From Phoronis australis (taxonomy: Eukaryota; Animalia; Phoronida), in the NCBI GenBank assembly GCA_002633005.1, contig NMRA01000013.1, positions 380,490 through 444,489 of the forward strand: a stretch of 64,000 nt of DNA. The letters run 5' to 3'. Within the stretch, counting starts at the first letter, position 1. Every line of letters begins with the position of its first letter. The translations under genes were made by a program, and so were the position numbers. The notes under the pieces were generated by a model. That model saw nothing but the letters and a program-made list of their open reading frames with translations, did no database searches and had not been told where the DNA came from. Shown piece by piece: positions 37,284 through 49,300 of this stretch.

Positions 37284-38659
37284 CTGGTAGCATCAACAGG
37301 TGGTGCTAATCTAGAGCGCAGTTTGTGCATTTTTGCATACATTGGTGTCGTCAAACTCTTCCTTCAAGCTGACACCTTGAACAAAATCGTGGAATGTTCT
37401 CGCAGCATTTTACTGATTCAACAACAACTAAATATATTTTTTAATATTTTTATTCAATTCGTTTTATAAACATTGGACGCGTGCTTTCCAAAGATTTTGT
37501 AATGGTCACAGTAAACAATGTGAAGATGGGTGTATGCGAAAATTATAGAGATGCTCTTGTTACACTGATTATTCTGTGTATATATACGATTGTCATTCCA
37601 TCGATGAAATGCTGAATAATATAGTTCCAGCACTCCTTACAGCTAAACTCATGAACAATTTGTATAGGAATGCTGTCACGTGAGAATGACTACGGATCAT
37701 CATGCTCTTGTTTGAACTTAATAAAATTCCTAAACGAGATTACAGTCGTTGTCATGTCAGAGGGCGTTGTTGGCAGACTGCTCCACGCTTAAAGAATAAA
37801 GTATAGCATAGCAGTGACTGTTCAGAGTCCGAAAAACAACACTGAATGTCCTTTAATTTAATTTTGGAATGGTATGTTCCACTTAAGCATATGTATGAAT
37901 TGATACGGGGAATTTCCGATAATAGGTTCATGTCCATGGGTAGATATTCGGAAAACGACCTTTCAGAAACATCACATGAAATTAATTATATTACCGTGCG
38001 TATTTTTGGAAACTGTGTCAAACATTTCATGATGCAGTTTTTGTTAAACAAACACCGTTTGTGATATTTTTAAAATAAACTTTTCCATTGTATGTGATTG
38101 TACCTCACAAGAACGAATCTTATTCATTCATATTTTTTCCCGTTTAGCAAACACGATTCGTCAACACTACCTGTCATATTGTGCGATTAGTTAACAACAA
38201 AGTCACCCAATAGCTCGTTAAATGATGTCATTTGAGTGACATTGCGATCTCAAAATAAACAAAATTTTACTTCGAAACATATTGCATGCATGTTCAACCC
38301 ATCAGATTTTCAATACTTGCACACGATTAGCGAAAATACGCCCATGTACGTACTTTTGGAAAATATCAAAAAATACACCCAAGGGCGTACTTTTAGGCGG
38401 GCCTATTTTGGACAATTAATGGTAAGTTTCTTTGAGTGTGTTCGTCCTAAAATATTCACAAGAGAACATAAGTTAAGTTCGCTTCGCACTTGTCGATCTC
38501 TAACCCTTACAAGCATTTAGAATCACAAAATACTTTTTCTAAAAATGAAAAACACGAAAGTACGGTACTTAGAACAAAAATCACACCCAATGCAGTTTGA
38601 GTACCTTCTGCTCTTTCTCTTAATTGGAATATTCTCGGCGAGAAGAGTAAGTAGAAGAA

Positions 38660-38730
38660 GCGCGGAATCGAACCCCCCACCCAGCTCCTCAGTGACAGCC
38701 GAACGCACTGCTGCTGAGTTAAGTAGAGCC
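38660..38730 (-). other. tRNA-derived SINE-like head (A/B boxes), decayed
   Basis: Minus strand reads TAACTCAGCAGCAG ... GGTTCGATTCC. Confidence 0.4.
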
Positions 38731-38769
38731 TGAATATTTTAAGGGCATTTAACTATTAAAGACACCCGT

Positions 38770-39100
38770 CTTGATTTCAGACAACGACAAGAAAACTGAC
38801 AGTCTGTAATAAAGTCACAAGAACGCAACGGATTTTGTTGTTTCCTAACTGGCCAAAGCTATTAACTCAGTTTCAAGGAATCCCTTCCAAATGCAATACC
38901 AAGAATCCCAGCCCAGAGGTCTTTTCTAAACTGAGAAAGAAACAAGACAGGACCAGTTTTATAACGGTGATTGGCCTAAATCAACACTTGTTTTTACAGA
39001 CAGCACGGGTTTAATTCCACTTTACCAGCTTGACATGCTTTATCACCAGCTCAAAAACGATAGTCCGTAACAAAGCTGATGGTTCACTGAGCTTCAGCGT
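38770..39100 (-). mobile_element. Decayed 5' region of a CR1/L2-group LINE (2A-like motif, PHD start, APE start)
   Basis: AGKVELNP at 39006-39029 (cf. GDVELNPGP), then PC.VCK and a downstream LSLSEIK (cf. LSETKL). Many lesions. Confidence 0.4.
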
Positions 39101-39762
39101 TACAGAATGATGGCTTTAGTTTCCCCTTCAACAACTTAAGTGTTGAAATTATCTCCTGGAAACTGTCTCAAAGCTCCCGTTGCCATGCGATTAAGAGGTA
39201 GTAATAGACTTGCATTTTCACTCATACCCTGTGCTACAAGGCGTAGCATGTAACATGGCTTCTCACTAGCTGCTTAACAGCAACGAAGTAACATTGCGAT
39301 TGGGCATTTCGATTGGTTGATGTTGAGAAATGCACTGTTCCATCCTTTCAGAATTAATGTCTTTGTGGCTTGCCGGATCTGCAACAATAAATAGATCGAT
39401 GCATCAATATTTTGTGTTTTGTGGCTTAAGATAACAAGCAAGGTTCAAACGAAATAACAAACCAATTCATCATAGCTTTGCGACTAATTTTAGGACAATG
39501 AGTTTATGACAAACATCCAAACTGGGGCATGCGTACTGATGCCAAAATATGGACTTCTCTGTGTCGGTCATCCTCCTTTGACAGGACTAAGACCATGGTA
39601 CCAGTGGCTGATTTTGACCTTATCACTTGCCTGAGTCAAGCAAAACCCTTGTTTGCACAGGTTTCTCGTACATATGAAAAAGGCATAACTGACAGAAAGC
39701 ACATTCTAGGAGGTTTCTGGAAAAGGAAGAAAATTAAGAAAGACATGTCTTTTTACCTTGCN

Positions 39763-39846
39763 TTCTCACAGGCGGACCTTTTTGCCCACTTCGCCAAATG
39801 GGAGGGGCTCGTTCGAGCCCCCCGAGCCCCCCTGGATGCGCGCATG
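39763..39846 (-). mobile_element. MITE family B, truncated at the N (39762)
   Basis: One TIR (...GGATGCGCGCATG) plus the CACTTCGCCAAATGGGAGG internal motif. Confidence 0.8.
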
Positions 39847-41179
39847 CAAACTAAAACCCTGTGTGAAAACAAACATTTTGTACGTCGACCAAAGTCGAAA
39901 GATCATCGTTCCACTTCAGCATGAGAACCTATGAAAAGTGGCACTTTTATGATTTTCACAAAATGTCTCGAAAGTTGCTTAAAACTTAATGATAACGGCA
40001 AACTGTAATATCGTCTTTGAGATTTCGTCTTAGCATGCACCTTTCCTTTTTATAAGTTTTTACCTAAATAAGTCATGGCTGCGTGACCCATGACCTCATG
40101 AAAATATCTGAATATTAGCCATATATTTCCAAAGCTCTATATTTTAACACAGTAAAAGTATTCGTGTTCTGAAAGTAGAGAGTACGAAGAATTTAAGTGT
40201 TGACGTTTCACCAGTTTGCCAGTAATTGGGTATGAGGTCGTTGTTGTATCAATAAATACATAATACATGTTAATAACATAATAAGAATGCAGTTTCGCTT
40301 TTCTAGTCTATGCTTTTCTGTTAGCTTTATGTAGTCGTTGAGGCTTTTATAAAATCTTAATTAAAAGTCCTAACTTTGAAAAACATCTCGCGTAAAAGTG
40401 GAACAGTTGAAACCTATTCCAGTACAGCGCTTTGTGAACAGTGCATACAGGGTACATGTATAGCACAGAGCCTACGCCTTTCACCTCCCTAGCCGTTTTT
40501 CACTGAGACATGATGCACCAAAAGTAGCCGAATTTTGAACATTTCTCTAGCCTAATTGTCTCACATAACATTTAATTAATGGAAACGTGGTAAGCAAAAT
40601 TTCAGAAATATGAAGTTTCTTTGTCTAAGTCAGTCTTTTTCATTCTACATTTTCTCTTATAAGTGTAGCAGTATTCTTTGATTCCAGGTTAAAATCTCGC
40701 AAAATCAAACGCATCCATGATTTATTTTGTTCCTTTGTTCAATTTCTTGGAAGTTTGTAGCCATAACAGGATACTTGAGGTTCAAGTTCGCAGGAACGCG
40801 ACATTGTGTACTAAGTTGAATGTGGCTTATAGCAACAAGTTCCGTTTCGAAAGTCACCGAGCGTTTTCACCGACCACTTCGTGACGCTGTTGTGTGATTA
40901 CAATGTAGAAAACACTTAAAAAAACACGGCAATAGGTTTGATAACTCAGTGACAGAAACTGATTCATCTCAAGCACAATTTTTTATTATCACCCGACAAC
41001 GTCTTCATTTTACTGGTCTTTCTGTTCTCGTTTGAAACGAAATGCACTTATTTACAGTATGTACATACGTCAAATACTGATGTCATCAACGGATTCGATT
41101 GACACTACTCGTGGGAATTCACAAGGTTTTTCACTTTCTTGTTTGATTCGAGAGTCCCCTTTTAATGAAGAAACCTGTC

Positions 41180-43526
41180 ATTTCTTGTAAATGACGCAGT
41201 GTTAAAACAAAGACATTTCAACAATTGTAAAAACCATCAATTATAATTTTAGCTCTCAAGACGCCAATTAATACACGTCAAGTGCATGTACTGCGAAGCA
41301 AAGCCCCGAGGAAATTCATTATTAAGGCATTGCGTTCAGCAGCAGTAAAACACTTTGGCAATTAAATATTTCATGGGCTGGAGCGAAGTCAAAGGTAATT
41401 GGTAATTTGTCTTTCTCTCCGTGCAGCTGTTATCGGCAATAATCGGCGGCAATGGTGATGCCTCCTCATTGCCATAGTCGTCGTCGTCATCAACATCGCA
41501 TTCGCCAACGTGATACCGACGCATATTGTATGGGACTGGCCAGAGTGGGCATGTATCACCCCCTAGTTTCAAATTGATCGTTATGTGCATAACTTACACT
41601 AATATAAATCGTCTCTAGATATCGCTTGTAGCCCCATATATTTCTGTTCAAGCATGACAAATGCAATTACAGCAAACGTTTTATTTAACAAAATTGGTTT
41701 ATGAAAGAGATGACCAAATTGCAGATAACCTCCAAACAGGAAATACATACCGGAGATAACTTAGTTCCGCCAAAACAGCTTAAACGGGAAACCGCAGCGC
41801 ATTACTTCCGGAACAGCACTCCACAAGAAAATGCCATTTGAAAACTTTTTCATTGAATTGACAGGTGGATGCTCATACTACATAGCATTTGGCTCCTGGT
41901 CAAGTGAAGTATCTGCTAAGTTGACCCAGCAGCAGTGTTCCATAAACCATTAGGTAAAGTTTAAAATTGTGGCGTGGATCAAAAAATTGCCAAGTGACTT
42001 TCAGAGAACCAAGTTCAGTATGAAAGAATGAATCATCGAGAGAGGCTGATAGATGGGTGGAATGATTTATTTATACATTTAATATCAGATACGTGCCATA
42101 ATTCATTGATGCATCTAAAACAGTTTAAATACTAAACTGCCTGTAGTTCCGGGAATCTGAGACAGACACCCATAATCCCTTAGTATGACGTTATTTTTGA
42201 CGTTTTGGATCTAGAAAAAGAAAACTAAAATGCCAAAAAAATAAAAAACACTCATGCAAATAGGATAGATTTGCGTAGTGCTGTAAATTATACGTACACA
42301 CCACTTCGAAAATTATGATGTGGCCATGAACATGTTCATTCTCAACTCCAAGGGGGCATACAATGAGTGCAACCGCTGTTAGAACAGACCGATTAATGAA
42401 AACAAACAATTTTGAAAAAATTCAAGTGTTAAATTGCCTTTGTGGTGACTGATAAAACCTCAACATTTCTGAAAATATGATGTGACTGTACATTTATATA
42501 TGGTTCATGTTTTTTCTGCACGGTGAACCGCAATTTCCCGTTCGAGTAAAAAACCAGGAAACACCGTCGGGTGCTTATGGGTGTTAACAGCACTTGTAGT
42601 CTTTATCTACTCTTCGTTAACAAACGCAGTCGAAAACTTTTTGTGTGGTCAGGCTTTTTATTCGTATGACCTGCTTTTGAATCCAGTTGTGTCGTTTTTT
42701 GTCATCATTGGGTGTTGATAACAACGAAACAGTTGTTCCATTTGCCTATTTCATATTAATATTTCAAATTTCCAGCGTCCAACATTCCTTAGTAACATAA
42801 CAATCGTAAAAAAATGTATTCCAGAGTTTTCCAGGTGACAGACAGTATCAGTAAATTTTAATTTGTGAAGAAATGAGTTTGTTGCTAAATGCGTATGTAA
42901 AGTTTATTCTTCAAACAAAGTAAAGGACAACACACGCTATACATGTAGGTAAAAGCTGTGCAATGGGAAATGTGTGTGTGTCCTACTTCTTTATATCATA
43001 AACCCTATCTGCAGATTTTGCCAAGGCAAAACGGGACTTTTCATATTGGCGCTCTCTAGAGTAACGAGAGCACAAAAGTGACTTACCTTTGATCCCGACT
43101 CAGATTTGGTTGACAGAAATTCAGTTATCACATAGTGATTCATTAATTTAAAAGCAGGGGAATAAGTTCCAGAATCATCCCCGCTCGTTGCTTGATTAGT
43201 TTAAGTTCACTAATTTTCTTTAGCTAATTGACACCGGCTTTGATCGAAATTCTCACGCTTTATTAGTCCCAGCCAGTGGATTTTTCGGCCGATACTTCGC
43301 AGTAAGAAAGGTATGAAACATAATGTCCTTGTTCATCCATCGATGTTTGATATGGTTGCTTTTTACATCAGGCATAATACATCCCATGGCGCAGCAATGG
43401 GTATTCAAGTCGTCTAGAAATATAGCAACTATTTTAACTTCTTTGAACATCATGTCTCTTGGTGTTTTGCTTCATATCTGCACGCCTGAAGATATTGTAT
43501 AGAGACTACGAGCACGTATATCTAAG
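41180..43526 (-). pseudogene. Decayed TIR + STING-like exons
   Basis: Exon 43526-43087 (tttacag|...|gtaagt) contains FHTFL/SYCE, KAGVN*LKKISE and SPAF (TIR-like). Exon 42375-~42298 reads VALIVCPLGVENEHV. The segment ending 41751 (|gtatgt) reads LWSAVPE..CGFPFKLFW (cf. STING NVAHGLAWSYY). 41562-41180 contains LPPIIAD....RK..Y, EFP..F...YM and FVLTLRHL in STING order and spacing. Multiple stops and frameshifts. Confidence 0.45.
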
Positions 43527-44384
43527 CTGTAAAACAAAAAGTACAGTCATGCCGTCAACCAAGTTTGTGTCATTGACAACATAATTGGAAGATTCATCTC
43601 GTTAAATTTAGCTGGCAAAATTTTTTCAAGTGTTCGTCAAGGTTATACTCGAATATTCTAGTCCATGACCTTACACTTATATCTCAAGTTTTATGATAAG
43701 TGAAATCAGGTCTTCATCTATATGACTCATCCTTGTTTTACATTAATAGAAAACTAGATCCTTGTTTTATTTGCTTAAATGTTCCACATATATCTCCAAG
43801 CGCCAGCATTAGACGTACCCCCACGTGTATTTGATCATAGAGCATATATAACTATATATATAATCTATGTCTGACGTGATTAATCTACTTGACTTTAATT
43901 CATCTTGATCCTCAAAGAGGTGGAGATTGCGTGTTCTGCAAACCCCTCAGCTCCAACCTTACACAATACAAGTTGAAAAAGTCAAAGTTAAGTCCAGGAG
44001 ATTGATTATCAGCCTCAGGTGATTAACAGCAACATGCACTGCAAATATATCAACATCTGCAAGATGATTCAATTGGCAGTAAGATGTAGTTCGAGATAAA
44101 AAATAGTATATCAGTTCTACAACAGTGTTCTCCCACAAGACCCTATAATATTTCTAAAAAGGATTGTTGTTTCCGATCTGTTCCTCGACTCACTTAAGAC
44201 CCGCGTTAAGTGAACGAAATAAAAACTAAAAAAGCACCCGCTCATATCATTTTCACCCAAGGTATAACGGTGCTTTTGAAAAGTTGCACTAAGTCACGTA
44301 CGCAGTGGTAAGCGTGGTTTTAAACGGCATGATTTGCCAAGCGATGCATAAATACCTGTCGTTCAAAAGTGATCGTCCTAAGGT

Positions 44385-44607
44385 CATGCGCGCACCCAGG
44401 GGGGTTGAACAGCCTCTCATTTGGCGAAGTGAGCACAAAGAAACAAAATTTCCGAAAAAAGTTGAAAACGAGACAAAAGTCCACTAAAAAGGCAGGAACT
44501 ACCAAATTTCGGCGAATCCACAGCTCATAGCTCTGAACGTACCCCTTGAATCTTGGTCTACATTCTCAAACATTCTAATCCCCCATCTTAGCGTGGGTGC
44601 GAGCATG
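44385..44607 (+). mobile_element. MITE family B
   Basis: TIR CATGCGCGCACCCA / TGGGTGCGAGCATG. Internal homology to 21503-21741; TSD degenerate. Confidence 0.85.
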
Positions 44608-45130
44608 TAAGATCAGCGCAAAAACTTCTGCTACTTTTAGGATTCACTGGCTGCATTTGTGCTTCCGATTGATGTGTATTATAAATTATTTTATACAATT
44701 TAGTTCCGTTTCTAATATTTCGTTGTGACGCCCGTAGTTCGCTTTTCGTCGTGTTTACAAAGAACCTGTGGCGATCGACAAATGCGCAGGGCCGGAGACA
44801 AGGGGTAACCAAAAAGAAAGGGAATGTAGAAAAGGGAATATTTAAGATCAGAAGATGTCAGATGAACGCGCTGGATTTACTCATTGGGTACCCTGGTCAG
44901 GATAAATGTAGTAGGGGAGCCCATTTTTGTAGTGTTGACCACCTAAATGCACACGAAAAGGATCCCTTGATCCAAGTTGTCCGAAACAACTTGCACTGAG
45001 CGCACATATTTTCAACAGGAAATTGATTTAGATGTTTAAATTCAAAACTATGATGTATGTATGCATGGAACCTTTCTCGTTATACCAACCATCCCAAGAA
45101 ACAAAAGTTTGCCTTTTTTCTTACTGGTCC

Positions 45131-45288
45131 CTGTGGCGGATTCAGAGGGTGGCTAAAGGGGCCATACCCCCTCCCCTAAAATTCTCCCAGATTCCATTTG
45201 GCAGTTCGGGGGTGCGAATGCCTGACAGGCAAAATCTTGGCTAATACTCTGCCCTGCCCCCCAACTCAAAATCCTGGATCCGCCCCTG
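45131..45288 (+). mobile_element. MITE family A
   Basis: TIRs present; flanks GGTCC/CGTCC (5-bp TSD, one mismatch). Homolog of 4288-4444. Confidence 0.85.
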
Positions 45289-45555
45289 CGTCCGGTCCCT
45301 TTAGTAGCCAAAAAACTCTGTCAAAACATTTAGAACCCACAGTACTCTTGATTGCCGGTCTAGTGCGCTTACCACTGAGGTACTGAGTTCCCGATATCTG
45401 TGTAATTACTGTTTAAAGCCAACTGTTATGTCACACATCCCATGAGCGGCGTTTCGCCTTTTTCACACGAGATTCGGACAATTATATACAATACCGGCAA
45501 TCTAAATACATGTGGTCATGTGACTTGCATGTATTGGATTCACTACAGTCGGAAA

Positions 45556-46305
45556 CGATGAATGTTTTCAGTCATCCAGTTGGGTCATAGTTTAAGAATA
45601 AATAAATCTATTTCTGGACTTACGGTACGTGGAGATGGCTACGTTGCGTCCTCCTCTCGAGGACTTCATCAGGCCACTGAGTTGTAACGTGACTTGTCAT
45701 GTGATCTGTCGTACAGTTTCCGCGGGATTCTCTTCAGCTCCCTATCCCATGTCCTAGGTAAGTGAAACCGCAGCCCCCCTGTCTGTTGAGGCTAGGATTC
45801 TCAATTTTCTCTTAGATAGCTTCTTTGACCCCTATCCGAAACCAATTTTCTTCTCTATCCAGGATCTTCACATCTTCCATGGCGAAAGAGTGGTCTGTGG
45901 AAGCCATGTGACTAAAAACTGCAGAATCATAACAGTCCCCATAACCGGACCTCCGATGCTGGTTGAAACGACTTTTCAGGGCTTGTTTGGTTTCCCCAAT
46001 GTATGCTGCTCCACACCCCGGTTCCGAGCATGAAATGCCATACACCACATTTGATGTTTTCTCTTTGCTGGTTTGGTCATTCCACAAGGCAAACCATGAC
46101 AGAGTCAGGCCTCAGAACACGCAGTCTGACAATAGGGGAAACATCACAGGGTAACTTTGCCTTTTGTGCCAGGGATCGCTGACCAGATCAAATCACATAT
46201 GAGGGGACACGACATTGCTGTTGTATTCAAACCTGTTAACACCATAAGGAGTCAATTGTTAAATGTGAAAGACAAAACCAATTTTATGTGGAATGGGCCC
46301 CAATA
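45556..46305 (-). mobile_element. Penelope-like element 3' fragment (GIY-YIG endonuclease + 3' UTR) with an internal inversion
   Basis: Minus strand: SNVVYGISC...YIGETKQALKSRFNQHRR...SAVFSH...KILDREENWFRIGVKEAI*..NPSLNR. The preceding linker VTLPFVPGIADQIK...VVFKPVNTIRSQLLNVKDKT lies inverted on the plus strand (~46150-46280). Confidence 0.93.
45636..45676 (-). ncRNA. Minimal type-I hammerhead ribozyme of the Penelope element (one core substitution)
   Basis: TGGC-CTGATGA-A-GTCCTC-GAGAG-GAGGAC-GcAA-CGTA-GCCA: stems I and II pair, stem III is the short palindromic ACGT type, and the GAAA core reads GCAA. Confidence 0.8.
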
Positions 46306-49300
46306 TTCAGTGATTTAATTGAGTGATTTGACCTACGTTTCATTGAATGTAGATTGTACGGAACAATAACGGCCAATGTCGAAGTCAGCGTTGTTTAAGA
46401 TGCGTTTTTATGCGCTGTAGCAAAAGGGTTAATATACCAAATTTTCTTATCTGCCTACTACCACGCGTGTTGTTGACAGAGAGCTGCAACACAAAAATGG
46501 CGCCTCAGGAGACGCGTGGCTTAATTCACGTCCATTAAAACTAGAATGTCCAATCTTTGTCTTTGTTTTATGTTCTTCGGACTAATGAACATTGACCAAA
46601 AAGCAATTTTAATTGATATTTTATCTTAAAATCTAATAGAAAGGGAAAGTGTAAGTTTTTGTAGTCCGAAAGACCGACAGTCAGCTTTTTCGGACTACTG
46701 CCCCTTTAAACTATCGACCTAGACCCGTTATGAGCAAAATGACCGTGTCCTTTCACAGTGGCAAAATATTTTCTATTTTCCCATCTACTCCTCCCATCTT
46801 TACCTATACAGTCACGGTTTGATCAGTTGTTACCACCACCATTTCAGACAGGTTTGACATCATACGATAAATGACATTTCTTCCAGCTTTTAGCCTTTAC
46901 TGTGTCGCCACTTTTTAAAACTTTGGCTCCCCCATCTCAAATGCGGTCTTTTTCTGTCAACCTGTCCGCAAATAAATGCGTTCGTTTATTTATTTCCACC
47001 ACAATGTCTTTAGGAAATTGTCATTCGTAACTAAGGTGGTAAACAGAACCCGTCAGCGTTAGAAACTTTGGTCTTGCCCGTTTTATATGGAGCATTAGCC
47101 ATGACTCCAAGGCAATAAAACACTGGATGAAATAAATCAATCTATCGTGGAATAAAATGGGTGTTTTTTCTATCAAATTGGCTTCCAAAATTGAATTTTC
47201 CGTGAAAAATGTTTTTAACGTTTGTTTCCGAAGAAATTCGATGTCACTGTTTATGTTGTGCTTTCAGGGTACCAAGGAAAGTGTGCTTACTGTAATTCCC
47301 GACACACAATTGGGTGTGACCTTTGAGCGCCAACAACATTTTTGACTATACCAAGAAACCACTCGTGTAAAATTCAACCTGGCACATTTGATAGAATTTC
47401 ATTCATACAATCCGAGAAAGAAGGCGTTAATTGTATGAATCGTGTGACAAGTACCATGCAGTCTTGAAATATGATGTTGGTTTCGTAAAATGTAACATTT
47501 CTTGCATGTACATTCGACTTAAATTGTAACAATTACATAAAATGAGAGACCTAGCGACATAAAATGTAACAATGCCATAAAAAGTAACAGTTGCTACATT
47601 TTTACGAAATTGTTACATTTTACGGCGTATCACTGCTCTCCGCGGACTTTCCTCACGCTCCTCAGTATCGCACTGGTAAAAACAACAATGGCGGAGACGG
47701 TCTTCTACCCATTAAGTAGGCCTACATCACCGATAACAGATTTTTTATATTTTTTATAAGTTTTGGCTTGTTTCTTATCAACAGGTATACCAAAGGCTAT
47801 TACATGTCTTGAGATGTGTTAATAAAAATGTTTTTGAGACGCATGGTTATGGTATGAACTCTTTAAGTGTATTTTGTTAGGCTTATCTGTGTTGCCTTTT
47901 CCACCAGTGTCTGGGTATCAGAGAATTGCAACCCAAAATGCAGGACAAATGCATGAAACATGTTTCGAAGTATGGTTAAGTATCTAGGAATGCGAGTGTT
48001 GCATTGCTATTTGTCTTCCCTTGTTTGTGACACTGATGGCGACCCTGATGTGTACTTTATTATGTACCAAGTACGTAATAAAAGTAAAATACACGTGATG
48101 TTAGTAAAATGTTCATTTGTAGAATAGACGTACTAAGTATAATTCTCCTAACAATGTTTTCTGAAAGTAATAAATGCTGATATTTTTCACTGTGCTTCAT
48201 TATTGTAAAATTGTAGTAATCACATCTTGCCGGTGTAGCCCTAATTCTAAGTTTTGCTAATTTTCTTTCATAATCTTGTTTAAGCCAATCCCCTAGTTTA
48301 CTTCATTGTAATATCGTGGTATTTAAAAGCAATGTCGGTGGACTTCCCTTAACGGGAGCGAGTCAACTCTCTGCCACTATAAGGCGACAGAATAGCAATG
48401 TTTCACCAATCGTCCAAGTCCAAAAATGAACAGTTTAGCTATGTGTAGTCCTGGTCCTTTTTGGGTGGCCTTGAGCCTATATTTGCAATGATACATGTAT
48501 AGTATTTACAATTCACTGCATTGTCCACACTTCATTGAATCCAATTAGTACGTCCTCAAGTTGTTTTGGATTGCTTAAACTGGCCTGCCGTGTTCTCCCA
48601 CGTACATGCATATGGATATCCTTAGCAGTATTTTGAGGAAGAAGATTCAATCCTATCATTACATGGACATGTTGATTTCAGAAGTCCTCAACGAAACCAC
48701 ACTTGCGAGGCAGGTTGAGATTACAAGTGTACAGTGTATGACGTAAAATGAGGTCACCCTTGCTGATGTGCAGAACCAACATTTGTGAAACTTGAACTGA
48801 GTGCTGTCGGTGACGGTAGTTTCGTGCCTATGCCGTCGGAGACAGTTATGAAAGAAGATCAACTGCAGCTGTAGCCAAAAACTTAAATTCACATGTCTGA
48901 GTTGACAGGGACAGGAAATCAAAAAGAAAGTAGAAAGGCATAAAATATCTCCAGTAGAGGAAAGTTGTGCAACGTTGGGACAGCTCCATAGACTGAAGTG
49001 TGGTAATGTGAGACTTTACAGGATAACATGCTGGCTGAGCAACCATGTAGTTTTGACAATTATCTGTCGAATGAAAAGGCTATTAATTGTAGCCTTAGTG
49101 ATGGAGCTACTGCATGTGCATCAAAAAACACATGCTGTGGCTGTACGTTAAGAATCCCACTGAGCTTTTTGATACGTTAGTCAAGGGATGTCATAGATTT
49201 GGTTCTTGAAGTGCCGAAACGAACGATTGGTTGCGGAGTATTAATGGAGATACAGCCACATTGACATTAGGCCCAATTCATCTTATTTTAATGGAATGTA

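Noticed and set aside
47685-47975. Plus-strand mini-gene (AACAATGGCGG start, exon-like LSVLPFPPVSGYQ...)
   Set aside because: No continuous spliced ORF could be built. It is probably a transposon-gene fragment inside the NLR pseudogene.
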